A stretch of 64,000 nucleotides of DNA from Camelus ferus. Lineage: Eukaryota. The notes beneath the pieces were generated by a model. That model did no database searches. It saw only the letters and a program-made list of their open reading frames with translations, and was not told where the DNA came from. A program made the position numbers and the translations under genes. This document shows positions 1-13,554 of this stretch, piece by piece. How positions within the stretch are numbered: position 1 is the first letter of the stretch; every line of letters starts with the position of its first letter. The stretch is taken from assembly GCF_009834535.1 (NCBI RefSeq), contig NC_045697.1, positions 96,846,001-96,910,000 on the forward strand, read 5' to 3'.

Positions 1-80
1 GCCTTGAGTATCCATGGATTTTGGTATCCACAGGGGTTCTGGAACCAATCCCCCATACATATATACAGTCATCTCCCGGT
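1..80. mobile_element. Tigger/MER2-type DNA transposon end (truncated by window edge)
   Basis: ttgagtatccatggattttggtatccacaggggttctggaaccaatccccca resembles the terminal region of MER2/Tigger elements. Confidence 0.65.
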
Positions 81-129
81 GTATACACACACACACGCGT
101 GCGCACACACACACAGGAGTTTGGTATAA

Positions 130-505
130 GCCCACAATATAACACTGTGCAGTAAGAAAGAACGAACCATGGATAACACAAGAACATGGATAAATATCAA
201 AAGTATTTTGCTAAACCAAAAAAGCTAGACAGGAAAAAAGAAAAACATACTGAATTATTCTATTTATGTGAAATTCTATGTCAGGCAAAATTAATGACAG
301 TGACCAAGAGCCAAAATGTGATGTCCTGGAGCCAGGGATGGATGGGTGGGTCTAGTGCAAAGCACTAATGGAAAATGAAATGTCTATGTACATCCTGATG
401 TGTGATTACACAGATACTAATACGTTAAAATATATGAACTAAAAATTAAAAATGAGTGTATTTTATCATATATATCTTGTATCAAAATTAAGTAGATTTA
501 AAAAG
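130..505 (+). mobile_element. Old L1 (L1M-type) 3' fragment
   Basis: Degenerate L1 3'UTR phrases (acatggataaat...attctatttatgtgaaattcta...ggcaaaattaat) ending in an A-rich tract. Confidence 0.5.
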
Positions 506-1284
506 CAAATTGCAACAGCTAAATAAAATAATGCTCAAGCTCTGTCCTAGAACAATTAAATAAGAATCTGTGCATCAGTATTTTCTACAAAGCTTCTGGG
601 GGAAATTCTAATGTGTAGGCAATGTTTAAAATATCTTATTTAATGGAAATGAAGGTGTCATTCTTATAGACTTCTAGTGTCCTGCCTGTCTCACTTACTA
701 GTAAGGGATGTAATTGTCGATTTTATTTTGTTTTGTTTTGTTTGTATGTTCCTAGACCTAATTCACCAAAGATGAAACTACTTCATTATAAAAGTCTCCT
801 GATGATAACCTTAGCAGTCAGAACATCACCTTTGACTCAAAAAAAAAAAAAAAGAAAAGAAAAAGAAAAAATGTTCATACACTTTCATACAAGGGATATT
901 CTTCTTTTAACTTTCCTAGAGATAATTCCAAAACAATGGTAGCAAACATTTTATAAGAGGGGCTGATTTATTTAACTAGTTTTTACACAGCCTGTTGTAC
1001 TCAAAAATATTTCAAACAGATAACAATAGAATTAATGTGCACATTCTAAAAAAAATGTCTGAAAGAAGAAAGAATATCAGTGTCTCAATGAAAATTTGTC
1101 CATGGACTCTCAGTTGTCATGGACCATGCATTGAGCAAAAATGATCAATAAAATAAACATGCGGGAGACATATTGAAGTAACAAAGAGTAGACAAATCCG
1201 ATTATGGATTGTCTCCTTCCAGAAGATTAGAAGATTCAACATTGACTGATGCCTCTTCTTTCTTTCTTACCATTGCTGCCTGTG

Positions 1285-1450
1285 TCATAGCTAAGAGTTT
1301 GGGCTTTGGAGCCAGACATCTTACCTCCATCACTTACTAAGTGCAAATAAACCCATCTCTCTGGACTTCATTAGTAATCTTGGATAAAAATACTTGCTAT
1401 TGGATAATGTGACCATTAATTGAATTAATGTATGTAACTTGCCTAGCAAT
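1285..1450 (+). mobile_element. MIR SINE
   Basis: aagagtttgggctttggagccagac...tcacttactaag...ctctctggacttca, typical MIR core. Confidence 0.55.
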
Positions 1451-2094
1451 TTTAAATTAAAATAAGTTTTGAATACCATTAATCTTATTATATTTCAAAA
1501 TTTGTCCCTTATTAATGATCATACAAGGCAGAGACAGTGACTTTTATATCACCTAAATTCACATATGGTATGGTAAAACAAGAACTATACCTATACAAAT
1601 AAGATGACAATGTACAACCATTTAATATTACTCCAACTAATGGAGAAAAGATAGTCTTTTAGATCTAAAAATATATTATTACAAGTTTGCAATATTGGAG
1701 GAGGAAGTTCTGCTTTCAATAAAAAGACTTACAAAGCTTGTGTAGGGAAATCTGGAAATCTGAGGCAATAGGTCAAGGTTGGCAAAAACAAGGCAGGCAT
1801 ACTGCCATTATCCCCTCTGCCCTTGGTAGACATCTAATAGATCATGAAACTGTCCTACTGTGTCTTCAGAGAGTCTAAGAATCTTTCTTATTTGAAAGCT
1901 CTAGGCTGCCCCTTCTATTGAAGTTGATATTTCTGATAAATTTGCTATAGATGGATATAGATGATCCTTATAGCTATAATCATTATAAACATTCTTGCCT
2001 CTGTTGATATAAATGTGAAAACAACATCCAATAATTTTTAGATTGAAAAATACAATGAAAACAACAAGAGTGAAAAATAATATACTTTATGTGT

Positions 2095-2200
2095 GGAGGA
2101 GAAGGGGGAGAAGGGGTATCTGAGAACTCTCTACTTTCTACTCAATTTTGCTATAAACCTAAAACTGCTCTAAAAACATAGTCTGTTGGTTAAAAAATTT
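2095..2200 (+). mobile_element. L1MC-like extreme 3' end
   Basis: gagaactctctactttctactcaattttgctataaacctaaaactgctctaaaaa is a characteristic old L1 3' terminus. Confidence 0.65.
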
Positions 2201-5200
2201 TAATACAATCAAGGTGTAAATTATACGCATAACCAAACAAAAAAAGAGATAACTTTGTGTCAAACTAAGATAAATTATAATTAATTGAAAAGGATAATGT
2301 AGAAGAAAGATGGGTCATGGGTAGTTGAGCTATAATAAAATGAGGAAAATTACAAAGACACTGAGAAATTTTTAAAAAGACAATCTCAAAGAGGCAGTCA
2401 TAGTTGGAAATGGGACAGGAATCAAGGGCTTCAAACTTTTTCTCAGCGACACCAGACCCTTTTACACTAAAAGAAATGGCAGGATCTGTAGGCTTTGAGA
2501 TTAGATTCTACCCAAGACTTAAGGTTGAAAGCAGATTTTTCTCCAACTGGAAAAGTAAAGAGGTAAGAGCAAAAATGTTTGGCCTTTAAAACCCTTATGT
2601 TCACATTTGTTAGCTTGAAACTTCAGACTTCCAGCCAACATGTAAATGGAGAAGGCAGGGCAGACACCTCTCAGGTGTCCTCAGAGCTCACCTCTCTGTG
2701 TTCATATCTGGTCACTCCACAACGGTAAAGTATAAGCATGAACTATTTTTATTACATAAACTCACAGACTAGGTACACAGCTGAACAATCAAATTTGAGT
2801 GCTAGTTTCTAAAAACTAAGTAAACAAGGTATTTTCATTTCTTTGATTTTCCTTATAAAATATTGTGAACATTTATCTCGACTCACAGTTGATTGATTTT
2901 TTTATCCTTAAATACAGCAAAAATAAAACTCTTCTGGTTCTTTTTAAATCTACTCTCGTAAACAAAATTATTCCATTTATAACTCATTCCGTGTGTTTCA
3001 CATACACAAAATTATTATGTCTAGAATAAGATAATCCATATGAAAAGCAGATTTTATTGCTTTTGGTATATTTGCCAAATGATTTTTGAAAGAAAAATAT
3101 AATGGGTTAGATGGATTTATGGGGCAAATAACTTACTGTTGGCAATAGGATGCTAAGAAAAGGATGGTTTAAAAGTTAAGAAGCTCATAATGCCAACTCA
3201 GAATTTATAGCTAACAATTTTATAGGCCAAAGCCACGACGCAGGCATCCTTATCCCGCAGTGCGAATAGGATTACCCTTCCAAGCATTATCCTAATGTGG
3301 AATTAAACTGTCAAGTTGGCTTGCTTGCTGCATAGACTTGTGCATAAGATGAATGTAACTCTGGGTAAAGTTCAATATTGCTCCATCTGTTAAGCACCTT
3401 TTTCTTCTAGAAATACAAAAACTGTAAATACACACATGCATATCATTCCTATTTAAGTACTGAGTCATTGTGCATTGACACTGAAAAACATGATGACATC
3501 AACCCAGATCAATTTTAATTATAAATGCAAATTCTTCTATTTCTTAAAAGGCCTATTTCTTAAAGATAATATCTAGTTCTTAAAAAGCCGATGTAATTTG
3601 AATTACTTGACCATCATTAGAAAAGCCAAAAATAAATAATATAAAATTGTGAAAATGGATATAAGAATTTGTCATCAGTGTCAATCTCTGATAGCAATAA
3701 ACATCTCCATAGCGAAATTCATTTTTTTTGATCATTAGAAACCCTTTGGATGCTTTTAATAATTTTGTGTTCTCTCCATGACATACCTTTGTTGGTAGAA
3801 TCACTGCATTTTAACTATAATGATTGTGGAAAATTGCAAGGGTAGACGGGAAATTATTAATTGTTGAAACAGCAGTTGCCTGATAGTTTACTAATTTGAA
3901 TTATACTGAATATAGGAAAAATTAGCTAAAAAGTACCTAGTTCGGATAAGAGGAGAGACATAGGAGAGGCAGTGGAACTACAAGTTTTAAAATTGCTTTT
4001 TTGGGGAGAAATTTGTAATTAAGCCTTCTATAACTACTTAGCTAATAGTTTAATTGGTGTTTTTTCCCGTTTGTTTATTTTTTAAAAAGAAACAAAAAAT
4101 CCACCCTTATTTCACAAAGATAATAATTTAGCCCTAATCCAATGTAAGTATTTTTCATAAATTTCCTTTAAATTGCTTGTAAGGAGACGTAAGCATAGCT
4201 CAGTAGCTGGCCCTTATTTTTCAAGAACAGTATGCTAATGAGTATTTCACACTGTACTAACTCAAGAGGAAAAGCTGGCTTTTCTCTCTTTTCTCATCTT
4301 TCTTACTTTTAGGAGAAATATTACCAAGTAACAAGAATTTATTTAATTGCATACTTGTAACATGTTTCTATCCGTATTTAGGTAAAACAAATAGAAATAA
4401 TCATGCAGATCTGCAGAACAGATTCTAAGGAGAATTTTTTTGTCACTAAATTCTGAAATTTTCACTCATAAGACCTGATTTATGAGCTAATCAATTATAG
4501 AGTACAGAGGGATGGATTGTTTTCTTCTGCTATTACAACAGTGAGTTTTTAACACATAAGTTAAATGAAAACTGATTTATGTACATTTAAATATATTTTT
4601 ATTGTTCATAGGTAATATAATATACTATGCACATATAAAATCATAAAATCAATTATTGGAAGCAACCACACAAACTGTTAAATGGTTAACTCTGGGGAGG
4701 AATATGTGATTGAGAACAGAAAGTAATAAAATGTGTGTGTGAAGGGGGTGGGTAGAGGTGAGTGTTGTGTTGTATTATATAAGTAGTATAATTGCATTTT
4801 ATGAAACAATAATATATAAAATGCTGACTTTTTTATTACCAAGATTTTTTAAATGTAAAAACTAGCAGACTAGCTTCAGTGTATACTGTGTTTTTATGAT
4901 TGCCACAGCTAGTGTCACCTTACTTGGTAAACAGCAATATCTATTTCCCTCCTTTTTTTTCAGTATGTCTCTTAAACCATACTGTTTTTAACGTGCACTG
5001 GAATTTCCAGGATTTTTTATTATAACACCTGTGCTGTTATTTTGACATTCAATGTTTTTATAACCTGAAAGTATTTTTTATCTTATGACAATATCATCTA
5101 AGAATTAATTAAATGGCAGAATCAGTGCTAGTTCAGAAAAGTGCTGCCAGGCGACACAAACCTTGGAATTCAATTAGGTATGTTAAATTTCTATAAAGAA

Positions 5201-6379
5201 GGTCAAGGTTATAATTTAGATAGCTTTATTTTAGATAAAATTAAAAACATAATTAGAGAAAAAGTACATCTAGGAGATGTATGTGCTATGATTAGAAATG
5301 TCTGTATTCCAAGACTGCATTTCTCTATTGACTTTTCTATAGGAAAAATACTCTTGAATTATTTCAGACTTGCATTATGCAAACTTTCAATTAGGTAATA
5401 TCCCAGAAATGCCTCTCTTAAAATAAAACACATCCTTCCCATATCTCAATGTTGTTGGAATCATTCGATGAGAAAGCACTATTTTATTTTGCAAATAACA
5501 ATGAAGAAGAAAGCAAAGTGACTGTTAATAGAAGTTTCAAAAATGTAAAGAGATTTTTTTTTAAGTGACCCTAGTAATACTATCCACCAGAGATAATCAT
5601 TGGTAATATTTTAGCAGGTTTCCTTTTAATATATACATGTATACATATGATGTTTTCTAAACTGCATGTAAATATGCAACATACTTTCTCCTATCATTGT
5701 ATTGTGAGGTGTCCATGTAAATAAGGTATTTTTGAAAAACACAGTGTAGATAGCTATATAATATGTAATCATTTCCACTCTTTTCTTAATATAAGTAACA
5801 CTGTACTAATTTATGGAAGATTCGTGGAGTTTCCAACAATTTTCTTAGGTCAGTTTCCATGCACTGAAATTATAGGATATTAACTCTTGAAAAGGTTATT
5901 TTAACGTTTGCTGTTTTGCTTGACTGAGGATAGTGTATCAAATATGAATGTGACTGTCAAAAATCAAATTCAAAAACCTCCACCACAAAATGGAAATCAA
6001 TTTTATAAGAGTTAGTATTTTCTGTTTCTCTAAGCCTTATGCCTGCCTTGGGTAGATCTTGCAGTCATTAATACATCAATAATTCTTCATAGTCTGTTTG
6101 GTAAGCATTTTCTCTCTTTAAAAGTATGTTTTCTTCCTGCTTCTGGAATGTGACTACTTCTGGTTTTTGCTGCTCTGGAGAGACTGTCTCTTAGGGAGGA
6201 GGAAAGAAAAGAGTGATTGCTATGTGGTCTTATCATTCATGTCTAACACCCTCAATTAGGGCTCTGTTGGCACTACAGTGTGGCTGTTCTTCCTTGTGTG
6301 GAACTGGCCAGACCATCTCTTCCACCCCTGCCCAAATAATTGTCAGAAGAAACTTGCAAGGGCATTTTGACACCAAAAA

Positions 6380-6505
6380 TTACTCTGATGAAAAGCACAG
6401 AATCTTGATCTTAGAATTCTACACTTGAGGACTGTGAGAAATAAATTTGTTGTTTAAGACACCCAGTGTGGTATTTTGTTATGGCAGCCTGAGCAGATCA
6501 ATGCA
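6380..6505 (+). mobile_element. MLT1 (MaLR) LTR 3' part
   Basis: ttgatcttagaattc...actgtgagaaataaatttgttgtttaagacacccagtgtggtattttgttatggcagcc. Confidence 0.7.
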
Positions 6506-6884
6506 GGCTGGGACTTAAACACCATCTTCTCATGAGACAACCAATGATAACCTTTTTAAGTTGTACTTTGTAAGGAAGTACAACTTCTACCCTACATATA
6601 CACACACTCACGCGCGCACACACACACTCTCCAGTGTTGTTCACTACTTTGTTTCTTTCAGAGAAACGCTGTTCGCTTACTAGGATTTGGATTTTATAAT
6701 ATTTTTTAGCTTTTATAAATTTGTAGCTTTATTTTCTCATTTGTCTTTTATCTAGACTGTCAACTAGACTGCCAGTTTAACATGCAGAAATCATTCGTGT
6801 TTCGTTCATGTTTCTTTATACTCAGACTTAATACAGTGCTGTGTATATTGATCTTCTTAGTAAGTATTTCCCAGTTATTTGTAT

Positions 6885-7090
6885 AGCTAATATTTATTGA
6901 CTTACTATTTACCAGGTACTATCAAAATACTTTATAAGCTTTCTCATATTTATTTTTTCCAAGAACCATGTTGTATAAGTATTATTTTTTAGAGATGAGG
7001 AAATTATATATCTAGTCCAGGAATGAGAGTCAGTGTCAAAAGAGCTGAGACTCGAAAATGGAGTCTGTCTCCAAATTTCTCTCAACCATG
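6885..7090 (-). mobile_element. MIR SINE
   Basis: atatttattgacttact...tttagagatgaggaaatt...gagctgagactcgaa, MIR reverse orientation. Confidence 0.55.
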
Positions 7091-8562
7091 ACAGCATATT
7101 ATACTTTTTCCTAGTAAAAAATGAATTCTTTGAATAATGAATATCATCTTATTGACTGTCACATTAGTTGGAAATGTTCTCCCACATTTCACCTTACATT
7201 TACATTTTAATTAGTTTACTATGATCCTTTTAATGAATTTAATTTTATAAGAGTAGTACATACACTCCATTTCAAAAAGAGCCAACGGACCAAAATGACT
7301 GGTAATGAAGAGCAGTCTTTCTTCCATTATTTCCTAGGCTCCTTAATCCTATTTGTTTGTGAGGTTTTGTTGTTGTTGTTGTTGTTGTTTTTAGCTATGT
7401 CTCCTTATATTTACCTGTGTATACATAAAATGTATACCTATACTGCTATAACTAGATACACAATTTTTAGACAGTATATACTGTTTTCTATTATGGTATG
7501 TAAGATCTTATCTCTAACAACAGAAGCCCTTCCCATTGTTCTCTCTCTTCTCCATTCTTATAATAAGCCCATACCACAACATTGGTTTAAATACTCAGTA
7601 TATATTACTATGCAATTACACTTATCATTCAATGCTGAGCCAAGTAAGCACTCTTAAAAATCTTTTAACTTTTCTGAAATAAGTAGTTGCCCATTTAAAA
7701 ATCTGTATTGTTTACTAATACAGTTCCTTCTTCTGAAACAGTCCATGAGATTCTAAAAAGTCTCTCAGTGGCATTTTCCGCATGTTTAAACCCATCAAAA
7801 TATCTATCAATTAATTATTTTCAAGGTGACCTCTATCCTAAAGCCATCCTCCTTCCACACCCACCCCATGTGGGTGTTGCTGCTGTTCGCCATGCCTACT
7901 ATACAGTTCTCCCTGGGAATTCCTTTCACTAACATCCTTTTGCTAGAACTAACTCTGAATCTTCTATGTTCTGGAGCAGAGGGCTTCTTTTTTTTCTTGG
8001 CGTACTCTCTAGACTTTTAGGGAGCACAGCCCCCAGTAGTTTCCATAAAAGGCATAGGAAGCAATATTTTGAGAAGACGCATGCCCACCAAAAACGTATT
8101 TGTTGTATCATAATAAAACGTTGTTATTTTGCCTTGGTATAGAACTCAGGGGAGAGGGATCACCCTTTTTCTTGGTATGCAAAGGTATTACTCTCTTCTA
8201 ACTTCCATATATTACTCACAGCTGAATGTAGTTCAGCTTGATCATATTCTTATCCACTATGTTCTGAAATTTTATAATGCAGTTTTATTTTGAGTCTTTT
8301 TCATTTTTGATGTATACTCAATGGCCCCATTAACATGAAAACTCATATCCTTCTATTCTGAAAAAAAATTTCCTTGTCTATGACTAATATCTTCCCTCAA
8401 TGTTTAATTATTTTTGGTTACCTATTCATGTTAAAAAGAAAGTGCTAAATGACAGTTCAGCTTAAAGTGGCAGAGTTTGTCTAATGGTGTGTATGTTAGT
8501 TTTTGTTTCTTACTGCCACACAGCAAATCACCACAAGTTTAGTGGCTTTAAAAAAAATACAC

Positions 8563-8698
8563 TTTATTTATTTTTTTATTTTGGGGGGAGGTAGTTAGGC
8601 TTGTTTGTTTGTTTGTTTGTTTATTTAATTGAGCTACTGGGGATTGAACCCAGGCCCTCATTCATGCTAAGCATGTGCTCTATGACTGAGCTATACCC
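8563..8698 (-). mobile_element. tRNA-derived SINE, camelid type (Vic-1-like)
   Basis: Minus strand reads gggtatagctcagtcatagagcacatgcttagcatg...ctgggttcaatccccagta, with A-box and B-box, an (aaac)n tract, cctaactacctcccccc and an A-rich tail. Confidence 0.8.
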
Positions 8699-8805
8699 AA
8701 AATAATATGCAAACTAAAATATGTATGTATATGTATAACTGAACTATTATGCTGTACACCAGAAACTGACACAACATTGTAAACTAACTATACTTCAATA
8801 AAAAA
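8699..8805 (+). mobile_element. Young L1 extreme 3' end
   Basis: tatgctgtacaccagaaactgacacaacattgtaaactaactatacttcaataaaaaa; closely similar to the 3' end of the L1 at ~15200-15290 in this window. Confidence 0.75.
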
Positions 8806-9924
8806 TCCATTTTAATCTCACACTTCTGTAGGTGAGAAGTCTGGGCATGGCTCAGAGGAGTTTTCTGCTCAGGGTTTCACAAGGCTGAGATGAAAGGGTT
8901 GGCCAGGCTGCATTCTCAGCCAGAGGCTCTACTGGGTAAGAATCCATTTCCAGCTTCATTCAGATCGTTAGCAGAATTTTAATTGCAGAAATTCTCACTG
9001 TTTCAGGACTGAGGTCCATGTTCTCTTCCTGATAGCTGGCCAGGGGTTGTTATCAAACCCTAGATAACATGACAGTTTTCTATTTCAAGACCCAAAGGAA
9101 TATGTCTGCTGTTGTTTTAAGTCTCTTTTAAGGGCTCATCTGTTTAGGTCATGCCCACCCTGGATAATCTCCCTTTTTATAAACTCAGAGTCAACTGATT
9201 AAACATCTAAATTACATCTGTAAAATCCTTCCACTTTTAACATATAAAGTGACCTTATAACTGAAGTGATATCCCATCCTATTCACAGGTCCCTCCCATA
9301 CTCAGAGGAGGGGATTATATGAGGCTGTGGGTCATCAGGAGTCATGTTAGAACTCTGCCTACCTCAGTGTGGACCACAGTGGTATAGTAAGCCAACAATC
9401 AAGGCCATTTCACTATGGGACGGTATACTCCACTGAGAGTATACTTTCTCTTGTGCTGATTAGTTAAAGGAAGCAATAATTCAATTTTGCTTCTTGAGGG
9501 GTGGGAGTTGTAACTCTAACTTTAAAAATTCTGGGAGGTTTTCAGGAAACTCTGGCTAGTTTCCTGCTAATCACCAAGAAACTTCCATTTAATTGATCTT
9601 ATTAAATTGGCCACTCCTTTCCACAGCTGTGCCTTGTGTATCAGAATTTACCAACATTCCAGAGTAAGCTGTCTATCTTTGCCAAAATGGCAAGAGGTTA
9701 TTGTTGTTTTGTTCTATTTTGTTTTTGAGTAGGAGTGGGAGAGGACATTTTAGAATCTAAGTTCTCCTTTTACTGACTTTCTATTATTCATCCACCTGTT
9801 TTCAATCCCACCTACATTCTGTCTCATATCACTTGTCCACTTGCCCTATAGTTTTCAAATTGTTACCAGCTTCCATCTGCTATGATGCTCTTTCTTCTCT
9901 TTTATTCTTGTATTGGATCACTAT

Positions 9925-10262
9925 TACTACCATGTCACAAATTAGTTCAAATGTTAGCAAGTTAAAACAGCAAACATCTCTAAGTTTCTGTGGGTCAGAA
10001 ATTCAGAAGTAGCTTAACTGGGTGATTTTGGCTCAGTGTGTCTCATGAGTTTGTGGTCGACATCTTGGCCAGTGCTGCAGTTGTCCTGAGTGGGCTGAAG
10101 AATCCAATTTTAAGATGGTTCATTTACACAGCTGTTGGCAGGAAACCCCAACACCTCAAAGGCAACTCACAAGAAGCCTCAGTTCATTGCTGCATGGACC
10201 TTTCATTAGACTGCTTGAGAGTCTCTACAACATGGCAACTAGCTTTCCTCAGAGCAAGTGAT
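9925..10262 (-). mobile_element. MLT1 LTR fragment
   Basis: agtttctgtgggtcagaaattcagaagtagcttaactgggtgattttggctcagtgtgtctcatgag...acatggcaactagctttcctcagagcaagtga. Confidence 0.7.
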
Positions 10263-11609
10263 TCTTTAATTTAATTGTAGTGTGGTTGGGGAAACAGAAG
10301 AGATAAATTTATGTGTTAACATACTGAGGTCTGGACCAAAACAAAACAAAACCTTAATTCTATTAAGCTGTTTCTTTTTTCTCATTCTGATTCCAAATGT
10401 TGTTCTCTCTTTGTCTTATATATCTATAAAGTTTTATGATTTTGGAAAATCAACATTAAAGGTGAAAAATTTATCACATCAAGTATCTAGCCATATCTAT
10501 CTATGTACTAGACAGTCTTGTGAATATACTAGATAGTCTTGTGATTTTCTATCTAAAGTTTTTCAAACCGATATTTTGGTCTGACATATTATATCACTTT
10601 TAGAACACATTGTTGTTGTTTCTTTCCTAGTGGGGTAAAGCTTCTTTAAATCAACACAGTCTAATATCGATTGAGGAACGATCCACATTTTTCCCACACA
10701 GCCCTCAATAAGCTTCACTCAAAGATAAGTTATGGTTTTCACTGCTTTTGTGTTATTGACTATTAAGAAGGATGTATATGTTCCCTGGAAATTCCCTAAA
10801 TGTGATGAATTGCATTTTATTAAGAAAAGAGTTCTATTTTTTTTCATCTTAGTATCTAGTGCCTCAATAGTCAATAAATATTTTATCTAAAAGCTTACAA
10901 ATAGGTAGGAAGCTAGAGAAGTCCATAAAGTCCACTATTTGCAGGGAGGAGGGCTTCAACTTAAAGTTTATATTAACTTAGTAACTACCTGTGTGAGTGC
11001 AAAAGTATTTATTTTGTAACAGTTTATTTGTTCATATCAGAAAATGCAAGTATTTGCCAATAAATTACAAGATTTTTAATATTACTGGGAAAATAAGACA
11101 GAAATAATAATTTTGAAAATATGCTGGGCATACACTCTGATTTTTTAGATTTTTTAACTAAGACTGTAAATGGTTCCTTTCCTTGGTTATTTAGATTGTT
11201 GTTACTGTTAAAAAGTGCAGTAATCTCATGATAGTCATCAGAGTTAAGACAACTATCTCCAGCTGTCAGCCTGGCTCAAATTATATGTCATTTTTGCCTT
11301 CTGTGAACACTACCACTTTTAATTTGTTTGGTACAATTTCCTCTTGTTATATGACTGAAGTGCTAACAATTTAGACCCGGTTACGGCATGGCTAGAGAGA
11401 AGAGAAAAAGAAAACAAAGCATACTTAGTGTTATCCTATGGCTAACTTGGGTGGTATTTAATTAAAACAAAAGGAAAAGACAACCAGATATAAATGAATT
11501 TTGCAACAAATAAATGGATTCTGGCAAAATTACTTTGACTTAACAATTTTGTGATTGAAAAATCATGTACACTCACAATCAATAAAACTACGTATAAAAT
11601 ATTTGATGA

Positions 11610-11815
11610 GAATAACTAACATCTAAAATTTTACCTATGTACAGGTACTGTTCTAAGCATTTAGTTTAATTCTGATGATAACCCTTTATGCATGAATCAT
11701 CACCTCCATTTAAAAAAATAAAAAACTGAGGAACAAGTAAACTGGACAACATCACATCAGACACTTCCCATATGGAGCCAGAATTTGAACTGGAATAGTT
11801 TGACTCCTGAGACTG
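11610..11815 (-). mobile_element. MIR SINE
   Basis: caggtactgttctaagcattt...aaactgagg...ggagccagaatttgaact...tgactcc. Confidence 0.6.
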
Positions 11816-11837
11816 ACACATTTGTTTTTACATAGAT

Positions 11838-12052
11838 AAGGATTTCTCGATCTAAGCACTCTGGACATACTGGGATGGATAATTCTTCACTGCGGAAGTC
11901 TGTCCTGTGCATTGTAGGGTGTGTAGCAGCATCCCTGGCCTCCATCCATTAGATGCCAGTAGTTCCCTCCACTCCTCATTGTGGTAACCAAAAATGTTTT
12001 CAGGCGTTGCAAATGCTCCCCGGAAGGCAAACTCACCCCCAATGGAGAACTG
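11838..12052 (+). mobile_element. MER20 (hAT-Charlie) non-autonomous DNA transposon
   Basis: ggataattcttcactgcggaagtctgtcctgtgcattgtagggtgtgtagcagcatccctggcctccatccattagatgccagtag...accaaaaatgttttcaggcgttgcaaatg. Confidence 0.85.
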
Positions 12053-12214
12053 ATGATATAGATTTATCTGTTCTATCTTTAACAGTCATTTTAGTAACTT
12101 AAAATAAGATGCTATAAAGATGGGCTTGATATGAAAATATAAAGAGAAAATTGAGTTATCAAGAACTTAGTTTATCAGATATATCACATTCTTATATTTA
12201 AAATGTCAGTAAGG

Positions 12215-13554
12215 GAGAGAAGCAAGATGGTGGAGTAGAAGGACGCTTGTAGCTCACCCTCTCCCACAAATACACCAAAACTCACATCTACGGACCTACT
12301 CAGCCAACCAGAGCACCTAAACTCCAACAGAGCATTGCCCTCTTCGAAAGACAAGGACACCAAAACATCTGGTAGGAGAAAAGGAAAAAAGAAAGAAGAA
12401 AAAGCAAAACAGTATGGGACCAGTCCCATGGGGAGGGAGCGGCAAAGGAGGACTGGCGCTCGTTTGCTGGGTCTCCCCTCTCCAACGGAGAGGCCAGCGG
12501 GATGGAGAGGGAGCCTCTGAGGCTCAGATCTGCCCCAAGCACCCCTTGACCGACAGAACTGAATTAAACAGGCACAAAGGGTCCCCACGACACCGAGCCT
12601 GAGATGCCAGCCGGCAGCGGGGACCGGGACAGGCTGCCTGAGCCGGGTGAAGGACTGGGGCGGCTGCACTGAGGCAGCCCCGGGGGGACCGCAGGAGGCT
12701 GTGTGCCATGGCTGGGAGTGGATACGGAGCAGAACAACCTTGGTCCCCCATAAGCTGCGAAAAAAAGCAAAGCAACACGGCTGGTATGCCCTGGGGGGAG
12801 GGGCGCCGTAGCCTTTGTATCCTCAGACTTGTGCCGCCATTACTGGTGCATCTCATGAGAAGAGAGGCGGGGCTCTGCCACAGCCACTATCTCCTCCTGT
12901 GTGTAGCCTGGGTGGGGGCAGGGCCGAGACCTGAATTCACACCAGGGGACTCCACAACCTCCTGGGCAGAACTGAGACTTGTTTTTTAGCCCAAGGCAGA
13001 TAGGATCTTTCTGCCCTTGCACCTCAGAGAACTTGTGCCGCCAAGACAAACAAGGAGCTGAGATTTGGCACGGAGCAGGGGCGGGGCCGTTCCGTGGTCT
13101 TCCCCGAGCTTGCCTTTGGAGTGTCAACCCGAGGCGGAGTGGGCAGCTGCACAGAGGAGCAGAGCAACCGGTGCCAGGAGAGGGCGGGCAGCCACTCACC
13201 TTCATGGCAGTTATGCAGCACCTGACCACGGTGCCGGGGGAGGGTGCAATACGCCCACCGGCCTCCCCGCCAAGCGCAGCATCTGACTGCGGCATCAGGA
13301 AGGGGAGTGACCCGCCCACCCACCAGGTAAGAGTTCAGGTCCTGACCCAGTGTTAGGAGGGGGTGCGATCTGCTAGCCCACAGCCACTGGGAGCAGCACA
13401 GATGAGGGCACCAACAGAGGGCCTCTGGAAACAGCAAGCTGAGTTCGCGAAACAGGGCGAAGACACAAAGAGCTCTCGATAAAATCATTAAGAGCACACC
13501 ATCTCCAGGAGAACTAGATAACTGATACTCCTTAAGCCACAGTGCCAGAGAGAT
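12215..13554 (+). promoter_or_regulatory. L1 5'UTR internal promoter, CpG-rich island
   Basis: Only extended GC/CpG-rich stretch in the window; YY1-like caagatggtgg at 12223-12233. Confidence 0.7.

Larger units (their letters stand above)
8490..9366 (-). mobile_element. MLT1 (MaLR) solo LTR interrupted by a SINE+L1 insertion
   Basis: caccacaagtttagtggcttta...ttctgtaggtgagaagtctgggcatggctc...gcccaccctggataatctccc...gaactctgcctacctca. Confidence 0.75.

Noticed and set aside
7240..8450. ORFs of 60-120 aa with hydrophobic runs
   Set aside because: T-rich, probably very old antisense L1 or low-complexity DNA; the Leu run derives from a (ttg)n repeat.
8630..8698. tRNA-like A/B boxes
   Set aside because: Head of a tRNA-derived SINE, not a tRNA gene.
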